DNA from: Pasteurella multocida
GTDB taxonomy: Bacteria; Pseudomonadota; Gammaproteobacteria; Enterobacterales; Pasteurellaceae
Assembly: GCF_900187275.1 (NCBI RefSeq)
Contig: NZ_LT906458.1
Location: 90,001-122,000 of the forward strand
Direction: 5' to 3'
DNA: 32,000 nt
Below, piece by piece: positions 20,618-28,864 of this stretch. The notes under the pieces were generated by a model. The model saw only the letters and a program-made list of their open reading frames with translations, was not told the origin of the DNA and made no database searches. Both the position numbers and the translations under genes were made by a program. The stretch's first letter is position 1. The number at the start of each line of letters is the position of its first letter.

Positions 20618-20762
20618 CATCGCCTTTTCTATTATGCTTTAGTGCAATTTGTTTCTTCTGCTGCTCGCTTGATTAGGCTACAATGCCAAACCAACCCTTT
20701 ATTTCACTGATTAAGTTTCATCTGTTCAAGCCGGTTAACCGTATTTATTTGAAGGAAAGCAA

Positions 20763-23036
20763 ATGAAAATTCAACATATCATTCATGAAAACCAATTAGG
20801 ATTATTGTTTCAACAAGGCTCATTCGGGTTAGAAAAAGAAAGTCAGCGCGTGACTGCCGATGGTGCAATTGTAACGACTCCTCATCCTGCGGTGTTTGGT
20901 AATCGCCGTTATCATCCTTATATTCAAACAGATTTTGCTGAGAGCCAACTTGAGCTGATTACCCCGCCAACTAAAAAGTTAGAAGATACGTTTCGTTGGT
21001 TGTCTGCTATTCATGAAGTGGTACAACGTTCGCTACCCGAAGAAGAATATATTTTCCCATTGAGTATGCCTGCGGGATTGCCAGCAGAAGAGCAAATTCG
21101 TGTGGCACAATTAGATAACCCAGAAGACGTGGCTTATCGTGAATATTTAGTGAAAATATATGGTAAAAATAAGCAGATGGTCAGCGGGATTCACTATAAC
21201 TTTCAGCTTTCCCCCGACTTGATCACACGTTTATTCCGCTTGCAGAATGAGTATCAAAGTGCGGTCGATTTTCAGAATGATTTATATCTGAAAATGGCAA
21301 AAAACTTCTTACGTTATCAATGGATTTTGTTGTATCTATTAGCGGCAACACCAACGGTTGAATCTGCTTATTTTAAAGATGGTTCCCCGTTAGCGAAAGG
21401 GCAATTCGTGCGTAGTTTACGTTCAAGTCAATATGGTTATGTGAATGATCCCGAAATTAACGTTTCTTTTGATAGTGTCGAAAAGTATGTTGAAAGCTTA
21501 GAACATTGGGTATCAACGGGGAAATTGATTGCAGAAAAAGAATTTTATTCTAATGTGCGTTTGCGTGGTGCAAAGAAAGCGCGCGAATTTTTGACAACGG
21601 GTATTCAATATCTGGAGTTCCGTTTATTTGACTTAAATCCGTTTGAAATTTACGGGATTAGCCTAAAAGATGCGAAGTTTATCCACGTGTTCGCCTTATT
21701 CATGATTTGGATGGATCATACTGCTGATCAAGAAGAAGTGGAATTAGGTAAAGCGCGTTTGGCAGAAGTGGCTTTTGAGCATCCATTAGAAAAAACCGCT
21801 TATGCCGTCGAAGGCGAATTGGTGCTCTTAGAATTATTGTCGATGCTAGAGCAAATTGGCGCAGAGCCGGAATTATTTGAGATTGTGAAAGAGAAGTTAA
21901 CTCAATTCACGGATCCAAGCAAAACAGTGGCAGGACGTTTAGTACGCGCGATTGAGCAAGCTGGGAGCGATCAACAATTAGGTGCCCAGCTCGCACAGCA
22001 ATATAAAGCCCAAGCCTTCGAACGTTTTTATGCCTTATCTGCATTCGATAACATGGAGCTTTCTACCCAAGCGTTGTTATTTGATGTGATCCAGAAAGGG
22101 ATTCATACTGAGATTTTGGATGAAAATGATCAATTCTTGTGCTTAAAACATGGTGATCATATTGAGTATGTGAAAAACGGCAATATGACCTCACACGACA
22201 GTTATATTTCACCGCTAATTATGGAAAATAAAGTGGTGACCAAAAAAGTATTGCAAAAAGCGGGCTTTAATGTGCCACAAAGTGTGGAGTTTACTTCTCT
22301 TGAGAAAGCGGTAGCAAGTTATGCACTTTTTGAAAACCGTGCGGTAGTGATTAAACCCAAATCCACGAACTATGGCTTGGGTATCACCATTTTCCAACAA
22401 GGCGTGCAAAACCGTGAGGATTTTGCTAAGGCGCTAGAAATTGCTTTCCGTGAAGATAAAGAAGTAATGGTGGAAGATTATTTAGTCGGAACAGAATACC
22501 GCTTCTTTGTATTAGGTGATGAAACATTGGCCGTATTACTGCGTGTACCAGCCAATGTCGTGGGAGACGGTGTGCATTCTGTGGCAGAACTTGTTGCCAT
22601 GAAAAATGATCATCCGCTACGAGGTGATGGTAGCCGTACGCCATTGAAAAAAATTGCTTTAGGCGAAATTGAGCAGTTACAGCTCAAGGAGCAAGGCTTA
22701 ACCATTGATAGCATTCCCGCTAAAGATCAGCTTGTACAACTACGAGCCAATTCCAATATTAGTACAGGTGGTGATTCCATTGATATGACGGATGAAATGC
22801 ACGAGAGTTATAAACAACTGGCTGTCGGTATCACGAAAGCGATGGGCGCGGCGGTGTGTGGTGTGGATTTAATTATCCCTGACTTGAAGCAACCGGCTAC
22901 GCCAAACTTAAGTTCTTGGGGCGTGATTGAAGCGAATTTTAATCCGATGATGATGATGCATATTTTCCCTTATGCGGGTAAATCTCGTCGTTTAACTCAG
23001 CATGTGATTAAGATGCTCTTTCCTGAACTGGAGTAA
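20763..23036 (+). CDS. gshF: Bifunctional glutamate-cysteine ligase / glutathione synthetase (GshF/GshAB)
   Basis: 757 aa; N-terminal GCL (FGLEKESQRV, GIHYNFQLSP) fused to a C-terminal ATP-grasp domain (VIKPKSTNYGLGITIF, NVVGDGVHSVAELV, CGVDLIIPDL, VIEANFNPMMMMHIFP). Confidence 0.96.
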   Translation: MKIQHIIHENQLGLLFQQGSFGLEKESQRVTADGAIVTTPHPAVFGNRRYHPYIQTDFAESQLELITPPTKKLEDTFRWLSAIHEVVQRSLPEEEYIFPLSMPAGLPAEEQIRVAQLDNPEDVAYREYLVKIYGKNKQMVSGIHYNFQLSPDLITRLFRLQNEYQSAVDFQNDLYLKMAKNFLRYQWILLYLLAATPTVESAYFKDGSPLAKGQFVRSLRSSQYGYVNDPEINVSFDSVEKYVESLEHWVSTGKLIAEKEFYSNVRLRGAKKAREFLTTGIQYLEFRLFDLNPFEIYGISLKDAKFIHVFALFMIWMDHTADQEEVELGKARLAEVAFEHPLEKTAYAVEGELVLLELLSMLEQIGAEPELFEIVKEKLTQFTDPSKTVAGRLVRAIEQAGSDQQLGAQLAQQYKAQAFERFYALSAFDNMELSTQALLFDVIQKGIHTEILDENDQFLCLKHGDHIEYVKNGNMTSHDSYISPLIMENKVVTKKVLQKAGFNVPQSVEFTSLEKAVASYALFENRAVVIKPKSTNYGLGITIFQQGVQNREDFAKALEIAFREDKEVMVEDYLVGTEYRFFVLGDETLAVLLRVPANVVGDGVHSVAELVAMKNDHPLRGDGSRTPLKKIALGEIEQLQLKEQGLTIDSIPAKDQLVQLRANSNISTGGDSIDMTDEMHESYKQLAVGITKAMGAAVCGVDLIIPDLKQPATPNLSSWGVIEANFNPMMMMHIFPYAGKSRRLTQHVIKMLFPELE

Positions 23037-23050
23037 GTGCATAAGTCATT

Positions 23051-23079
23051 ATAAAGGCGAACCCTCAGTTCGCCTTTAT
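23051..23079. terminator. Hairpin terminator between the convergent gshF and HAD phosphatase genes
   Basis: ataaaggcgaac-cctca-gttcgcctttat, perfect 12-bp stem. Confidence 0.7.
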
Positions 23080-23084
23080 TATAT

Positions 23085-23918
23085 TTACGGCAATTGACGA
23101 AGAGCACTCAAGATGCCGTGACAGTAAGGCTTATCTAGGCACTTGCCATACCGCTCAATCGCATGCTTATCTGCATTAGCTACCAAATAGCCATTCCCAG
23201 CCACAGCAAACATAGTAAAATCATTGGCACTGTCACCAAATGCTAAAACCTGCTGTTTGTCGAGTTTCAGTTCTTCCATTAAAAAGAGTACTGCTTGATC
23301 TTTACCACAGCATTTTGGAATAAAGTCCACATCATAACTGTTTTCAGGATCACCCGCAGCAGGATTTGCTTTCGTGATGAGTACTCTCAGTTGTGCTTGT
23401 TCGGCGAGTGAGCGTATCCAAGCAATGTCTTTTTCCATCTCATCTCTGATCAAATAATAAAAACTGGTTTTATAGGGACCTTGATAATCTTCAGGCTGTC
23501 TATCTAATCTGATACCTTGAGCAAGAATTTGTTCAACGATCTGATCAACTTTTTGTTGCTGATAACCAGAAGTAGCAATACGTTGTTGCCAAGTTGTCGA
23601 TGGCACTAATTCCCCTTGCGTTATCCAATAAAACTCGGTTCCTAAACTACAACATAAAAAGTGTGGACTTTGTGAAATGGTACGCTTTGCTTTGCGTAAC
23701 GCGGAGGTCTTATTCGTGCCTGTTATCCAACCTAACAGGATGCCTTTTTTCTCCCCTTCTTCTAAAAGGAAATGCTCTAATTCGGTAATCCCGCTTGTCA
23801 CTTGATTGTCGGGGTGATAAGGAATATAGGTTTCATCCATATCACAACAAACCAAATACTGTACTTCAGTCGGTTGTGGAAAGGTTGCCGGTAGTTTGTC
23901 TTTTGCCAATGTCATCAT
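23085..23918 (-). CDS. HAD-superfamily sucrose-phosphatase-like hydrolase
   Basis: Motifs VCCDMDETYIPY, GWITGTNKT, DVDFIPKCCGKDQAVLFL, VLAFGDSANDFTMF. The track start at 24059 adds an atypical basic leader; aggagg just upstream of ATGATG at 23918/23915 supports the shorter form. Confidence 0.8.
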   Translation of the reverse strand: MMTLAKDKLPATFPQPTEVQYLVCCDMDETYIPYHPDNQVTSGITELEHFLLEEGEKKGILLGWITGTNKTSALRKAKRTISQSPHFLCCSLGTEFYWITQGELVPSTTWQQRIATSGYQQQKVDQIVEQILAQGIRLDRQPEDYQGPYKTSFYYLIRDEMEKDIAWIRSLAEQAQLRVLITKANPAAGDPENSYDVDFIPKCCGKDQAVLFLMEELKLDKQQVLAFGDSANDFTMFAVAGNGYLVANADKHAIERYGKCLDKPYCHGILSALRQLP

Positions 23919-24108
23919 GCCTCCTAAGATCACGTGCTGATCATAAACAATTTCGCTTATCATAACTGAAAAGCTACGATATGAGGTGAAAACCCGCTTG
24001 TTTTTTGCACCGCTATGTTTGTGGCGGCTAGACGAAATCTTACCTAGCAAATTTTCCACAATCTCTTTACAATAGCGTAAGTTTTCTTTTCACTTTTGAG
24101 GTTTCACA

Positions 24109-25227
24109 TTGACGGAGTTATTCACGGAAACATTTACCCTTGAACCGCAAGATAATGCGCGTTTACAAGCCTTATGTGGTGCGTACGAAGGGAATTTACA
24201 ACTGATTGAAAAATCATTAAATTTAACCATTTCACGACGTAATTTTACTTTTACGATTCAATCGAATGAGGCAGAAAATAAGCCTCATCACGCCAAATTG
24301 TTACAAAGTGCGGTCAAATTAATTCAAATGTTATATTTGGAAACCGCGCCTGTGCGGGGACAAATTCGTGAACTGGATTTAGAAGATGTGCATATCGCCA
24401 TTCAAGAAAGCCGTATTTTAGTGCAAGAAACAGAAACTGAACGTGATGAAAGCAAGGTATATGCGTCTTCGATCAAAACCAAGCGAGGATTGATTAAACC
24501 GCGTGGACCAAATCAAGTGCAGTATTTACACAATATTTTTCGTCATGATATCAGTTTTGGTATTGGTCCGGCGGGAACAGGAAAAACATTTTTGGCGGTA
24601 GCTGCCGCGGTGGAAGCACTCGAAAAGCAAGATGTGCGTCGTATTTTGCTGACTCGTCCTGCGGTGGAAGCGGGCGAAAAGTTAGGTTTTTTACCCGGTG
24701 ATTTAGGACAGAAGATCGAACCTTATTTGCGTCCATTGTATGATGCGCTGTTTGAAATGTTGGGGTTTGAGCGTGTACAAAAATTAATGGAACGCAATGT
24801 AATTGAAATCGCCCCCTTAGCATATATGCGTGGACGTACCCTTAATGACAGCTTTATTATTCTTGATGAAAGCCAAAATACAACAGTTGAACAAATGAAA
24901 ATGTTCTTAACACGTATTGGATTTAATTCGAAAGCGGTAATTACCGGTGACATTACTCAAATTGATTTACCGCGTAGTCAAAAATCTGGCTTACGTCATG
25001 CCATTGAAGTGTTAGAAAGTGTACCAGAATTGAGTTTTAACTACTTTGAAAGTAAAGACATTGTTCGGCATCCGGTGGTTGCGAAAGTCGTACAAGCTTA
25101 TGATGCTTGGGAAGCACAAGATGAAATTCGCCGTGCCGAGATCGCGGCACAACGTCGTCAAGAGCGTGCTGAAAAAGACAATATAGAAAAAGTGCGGTCA
25201 GAAAATACAGCGCATGAGAAAGCATAA
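24109..25227 (+). CDS. ybeZ: PhoH-family ATPase (YbeZ-type)
   Basis: 372 aa; FGIGPAGTGKTFLAVAAAVEAL Walker A, RTLNDSFIILDESQNTT, FNSKAVITGDITQIDLPRSQKSGL; directly precedes ybeY. Confidence 0.93.
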   Translation: MTELFTETFTLEPQDNARLQALCGAYEGNLQLIEKSLNLTISRRNFTFTIQSNEAENKPHHAKLLQSAVKLIQMLYLETAPVRGQIRELDLEDVHIAIQESRILVQETETERDESKVYASSIKTKRGLIKPRGPNQVQYLHNIFRHDISFGIGPAGTGKTFLAVAAAVEALEKQDVRRILLTRPAVEAGEKLGFLPGDLGQKIEPYLRPLYDALFEMLGFERVQKLMERNVIEIAPLAYMRGRTLNDSFIILDESQNTTVEQMKMFLTRIGFNSKAVITGDITQIDLPRSQKSGLRHAIEVLESVPELSFNYFESKDIVRHPVVAKVVQAYDAWEAQDEIRRAEIAAQRRQERAEKDNIEKVRSENTAHEKA

Positions 25228-25704
25228 ATGAAACGAGTGATAATTGATTTACAACTGGTCTGCGAAAACACGGATAATTTACCGAGTGAAGCACAAATTC
25301 AGGCATGGGCAAATCGTGCGATCCAGCCAGAATTTTCCGATGTTGAAATGACGGTGCGCATTGTGGATGAAGCAGAAAGTCATGACCTGAATTTGACTTA
25401 TCGCGGCAAAGATAAGCCAACCAATGTCTTATCCTTTCCGTTTGAATGCCCTGATGAAGTGGAATTAAGTTTGCTAGGCGATTTAGTCATTTGCCGTCAA
25501 GTGGTGGAAAAAGAAGCCGAAGAACAAGGTAAGCCATTAATGGCACATTGGGCGCATATGGTGGTGCATGGTTGCTTACATTTACTTGGCTATGATCATA
25601 TTGAGGACGCCGAAGCAGAGGAAATGGAAGGGTTAGAAACGGAAATCATGCAGTCTTTGGGTTTTGAGGATCCTTATCTGAGCGAAAAAGAAATGCACGG
25701 ATAA
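25228..25704 (+). CDS. ybeY: Endoribonuclease YbeY (rRNA maturation factor)
   Basis: 158 aa; [37 protein letters not shown] zinc site. Confidence 0.95.
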   Translation: MKRVIIDLQLVCENTDNLPSEAQIQAWANRAIQPEFSDVEMTVRIVDEAESHDLNLTYRGKDKPTNVLSFPFECPDEVELSLLGDLVICRQVVEKEAEEQGKPLMAHWAHMVVHGCLHLLGYDHIEDAEAEEMEGLETEIMQSLGFEDPYLSEKEMHG

Positions 25705-25821
25705 AAAGTGCTTTCTTTTTAAACCATTTTATTAAATTGTGGTCAAAGAAGTCTAAAATTTTTGTTAGGGCATATAAGATGCCAAGATGACAGGTTTATC
25801 ACAGTTGTATAGGAAAAAATC

Positions 25822-26550
25822 ATGTTGAAAAAATTATGTATTGTGTTTGCGCTATTCAGTTTAACGGCTTGTGTAGCGTACTATCCATATCCAGATTATC
25901 AACCTCGTAGCAAGCCGATCTCAAAACCAAGCTATGATCCCCCTTTAGCCCCTTCATTCGAAACGCAAACTCAGCGTGGCTATCCAAAGGAGAAAAAGGG
26001 CTATTACAAAATATCAACCGAACACATGAATAAATTTATTCAGGCAAAGAATAATGTGGAATATTGTTTATTGCCTGAGTTAGGGCAGCAAGAAGATGCC
26101 CGTTTGACAGCGCTAGAAAAGCATTTAGTAAAAGCGATCATTCATGAACAGTTAGAAAACATTGTCGGTAAATCTTCTGCGAAAGTGATTTATGATGATC
26201 CTGATGCTTATGGTTATTTTGAGTTCAAATATCAGCAATTAAAACACGATTTAACTAATATTCGTGAGTCAGAGTGCCGCCAATTAAAAGAGCGTTATAA
26301 CCAACGTTTTAAAGATCTCAAACGGCAACGTGGTTTAGAAAATCGATCCGGTCATCCAATTGAACGTCGTATCCAAGATCAGCAACAGGCGATCGAAGAT
26401 AAGATTCGTGATCAACAGATGTCTATTGAGCGAAAAATGCGTGAACAACAAGAAGCGATGGAACGCAAAATACTTGGTCAGCCAGAGCCGATGTATAAAC
26501 CTAAACGCGATATCAGTATTGATTGGTCACACCCGTTAGATCGTTGGTAA
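25822..26550 (+). CDS. Lipoprotein of unknown function with C-terminal coiled-coil repeats
   Basis: 242 aa; signal peptide and lipobox LFSLTAC; Gln/Glu/Arg-rich helical C-terminal region. Confidence 0.75.
   Translation: MLKKLCIVFALFSLTACVAYYPYPDYQPRSKPISKPSYDPPLAPSFETQTQRGYPKEKKGYYKISTEHMNKFIQAKNNVEYCLLPELGQQEDARLTALEKHLVKAIIHEQLENIVGKSSAKVIYDDPDAYGYFEFKYQQLKHDLTNIRESECRQLKERYNQRFKDLKRQRGLENRSGHPIERRIQDQQQAIEDKIRDQQMSIERKMREQQEAMERKILGQPEPMYKPKRDISIDWSHPLDRW
26371..26499 (+). repeat. Degenerate 33-bp tandem repeat (11-aa units) inside the lipoprotein gene
   Basis: IQDQQQAIEDK / IRDQQMSIERK / MREQQEAMERK / ILGQPEPMYK. Confidence 0.7.
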
Positions 26551-26568
26551 TAGCACGATGAAAGTGAA

Positions 26569-28524
26569 ATGAATCGGGTAAATAAGCAAAGAAAAGTACA
26601 ATGTTGGGTGGGGGAGAATGCTACATTATTTTCCCCACTCGCACGCTTATCTGGAATAAAAAGTGCGGTATGGATTGGCGATGATTTACCGCCTTTTTTG
26701 TCTTTTGCTCATTTCGATTTCAAGCAAGCAAAAAACATGTTGGGGCAAGAGTTTGCCTTGATTGTCTATGATGCAAGGGGAGGGCTGAATCTTGATGCCT
26801 TAGCTATCGCCAGTGGCACTTTGCAACAAGAAGGTGTGTTGCTGATTTTATTACCACAATGGGCGATGCTGAGCACTTGGCAAGATCCTGATTCAGTCCG
26901 TTGGTCTGGTGAAAATGATCCTATTTTGACACCGCACTTTCTACATTATTTTCAACAAAAAGTACGAGACTATGGCTTTCCTGTTTATCATACTTTTTTC
27001 CCTTCGCTATCATTGCCGGATAAATCAACCAGTGCGGTCGATTTTCAATCAGAACCGACAGTGGAACAAGCACAGTTATTGCACCGTATCAATAAGGCTA
27101 CTGAAGCGGTATTGATTGTGACGGCGAAGCGGGGTCGAGGAAAATCGGCGCTAGCAGGTTTTTGGGCAAGGCAGTTGAAGCAACAAAACCAAACGTTGAT
27201 ATTAACCGCACCGAATCAAGCGGCTGTCAGGATTTTACAATCGTTTGCTAATACGGCGTTAGATTTCAAGTCACCAGATTTACTTTGTGAGCAAATTGCA
27301 CAAGATCCCCATGCGTTTGCTGATAAATGGTTATTGATTGATGAAGCGGCTATGCTCCCTTTAAGTTTGTTAGAACAGCTGACATCAACCTTTAAAGGCA
27401 TACTCTGTACCACTACGGTACAAAGTTATGAAGGGACCGGGCGTGGTTTTTTACTCAAATTTTTAGCCAATTTAGACCGCACTTTTGCGCATTTTGAGCT
27501 TCACCAGCCTCTACGTTGGCAAGTTGATGATAAGTTAGAAGCCTTTATGGATGATCTCTTATTGCTACATGCGGAAGATTTGCCTTTTGCCCCATTGGCG
27601 TCAGCTGAAGGCGTTCAATTTCAGCGCTATTCACAACATACATTATATCAGCAACAAAAAATTGCTCCGCTTTATGGTTTACTGACGCGTGCCCATTACC
27701 GTACGTCACCACTGGATTTACGCCGTTTATTTGATGCGCCAAATCAACATTTTTATTTAGCACAAAAAGACGAACATCTCCTTGGTGCCGCTTGGCTTGT
27801 GCAAGAGGGAAGTCTGCAATCAGAACAACTTATTGGTGAGATTGAGCGCGGTTTGCGCCGTCCTCGTGGCAATTTAGTGCCTCAATTACTGTGTTTTCAA
27901 GCGCATTTGCCGCAAGCCTGCCGTTTATCCTCATTGCGGATTTCCCGTATTGCTGTTCAGCCAGATTGGCAACAGCAAGGTATTGGGCAACAGTTAGTCA
28001 AAAATATTTGCCAAGATGCACAGGTGGATTTTTTGTCCGCCAGTTTTGGTTACACCACTAAGCTGGCTGCATTTTGGCAAAAGTGCGGTTTTTTATTGGT
28101 GCATTTAGGTGAACAGAAAGAAGCCAGTAGCGGTTGTTACTCTGTAATCGGCTTAAAACCGTTGTCGTCCGCAGGGATAAGCTTTTGTCAGCAAGCGTAC
28201 CAACAGTTCCAACGTAATCTCAGTTTATCGCGACATCCCCTCGCGACGGCGTTCCCTTCTTTGCCCACCACATGGCAATTAGATCCGCAAGATTGGCGTG
28301 CATTAGTGCATTTTGCTTATTTTCAAGGCTCATTTACAGCCGCCTTACCTGCGATACAACGTTTGTTGGCACAAACTAACAGGTGCATTTGTCCGTTATT
28401 GTCTGCCCTGTTACAACCGTCATCAAACGAGATGAAATTTGCGGGAGGCAAGAAAAATGGGATAAAAATATGCCGTGAGGAAGTCAAGAAATTGTTGCAA
28501 AATCATACAGCCGTTTTATCATAA
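26569..28524 (+). CDS. tmcA: tRNA(Met) cytidine acetyltransferase TmcA
   Basis: 651 aa; helicase-like ATPase (VTAKRGRGKSALAGF, WLLIDEAAMLPLSLLEQL) plus GNAT domain (RISRIAVQPDWQQQGIGQQLV, LSASFGYTTKLAAFWQKCGF). Confidence 0.92.
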   Translation: MNRVNKQRKVQCWVGENATLFSPLARLSGIKSAVWIGDDLPPFLSFAHFDFKQAKNMLGQEFALIVYDARGGLNLDALAIASGTLQQEGVLLILLPQWAMLSTWQDPDSVRWSGENDPILTPHFLHYFQQKVRDYGFPVYHTFFPSLSLPDKSTSAVDFQSEPTVEQAQLLHRINKATEAVLIVTAKRGRGKSALAGFWARQLKQQNQTLILTAPNQAAVRILQSFANTALDFKSPDLLCEQIAQDPHAFADKWLLIDEAAMLPLSLLEQLTSTFKGILCTTTVQSYEGTGRGFLLKFLANLDRTFAHFELHQPLRWQVDDKLEAFMDDLLLLHAEDLPFAPLASAEGVQFQRYSQHTLYQQQKIAPLYGLLTRAHYRTSPLDLRRLFDAPNQHFYLAQKDEHLLGAAWLVQEGSLQSEQLIGEIERGLRRPRGNLVPQLLCFQAHLPQACRLSSLRISRIAVQPDWQQQGIGQQLVKNICQDAQVDFLSASFGYTTKLAAFWQKCGFLLVHLGEQKEASSGCYSVIGLKPLSSAGISFCQQAYQQFQRNLSLSRHPLATAFPSLPTTWQLDPQDWRALVHFAYFQGSFTAALPAIQRLLAQTNRCICPLLSALLQPSSNEMKFAGGKKNGIKICREEVKKLLQNHTAVLS

Positions 28525-28553
28525 TCAAGTGGGGTGTTGAGAAGGAGCATAAA

Positions 28554-28745
28554 ATGGAGCAGACAAAAAAGAAAGGTTTATTACGTCGCGTGTGGGACGG
28601 TTACAGCAAATTCTGTCAGGACATTGGTGTTGAAAAGGGGGGCGGTCGCGGTTGTTGTTGTGTTCCCGTCGTCAAGTTTGATGAAACATGGAGTGAAGAA
28701 GAAAAAGCCGCAATGAAAAAGGCGCAAGAACAACAAAAATCGTAA
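28554..28745 (+). CDS. Small Cys-rich conserved protein (DUF5363-like from memory)
   Basis: 63 aa; LLRRVWDGYSKFCQDIGVEKGGGRGCCCVPVVKFDETWSEEEK; SD aaggag 5' of the ATG. A parallel +1-offset frame at 28534 is judged spurious. Confidence 0.65.
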   Translation: MEQTKKKGLLRRVWDGYSKFCQDIGVEKGGGRGCCCVPVVKFDETWSEEEKAAMKKAQEQQKS

Positions 28746-28749
28746 AAAA

Positions 28750-28775
28750 ACATGCCAAGTCAGTACTTGGCATGT
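28750..28775 (+). terminator. Hairpin downstream of the small Cys-rich gene
   Basis: acatgccaagt-cagt-acttggcatgt perfect 11-bp stem followed by ttgtt. Confidence 0.65.
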
Positions 28776-28806
28776 TTGTTATATAAGCAAACAAAATGAA
28801 ACAGCA

Positions 28807-28833
28807 GAACTTTTTCATTTTTTTTGTTTCTAA
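28807..28833 (+). promoter_or_regulatory. Sigma-E-like promoter upstream of the eptA-like gene
   Basis: GAACTT (28807-28812) - N16 - TCTAA (28829-28833), 31 bp before the ATG at 28865. Confidence 0.5.
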
Positions 28834-28864
28834 CAGAAGTCGATTTTTTTAGGAGTTTTGTTGT

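Noticed and set aside
27029-27039. Additional uptake sequence ccagtgcggtcgat in tmcA
   Set aside because: CAGTGCGGT differs from the AAGTGCGGT core at the first base; counted as a near match only.
28534-28716. 60-aa ORF (MLRRSIKWSRQKRK...) parallel to the Cys-rich gene
   Set aside because: Overlaps 28554-28745 out of frame and lacks the SD spacing; the 63-aa frame is the better candidate.
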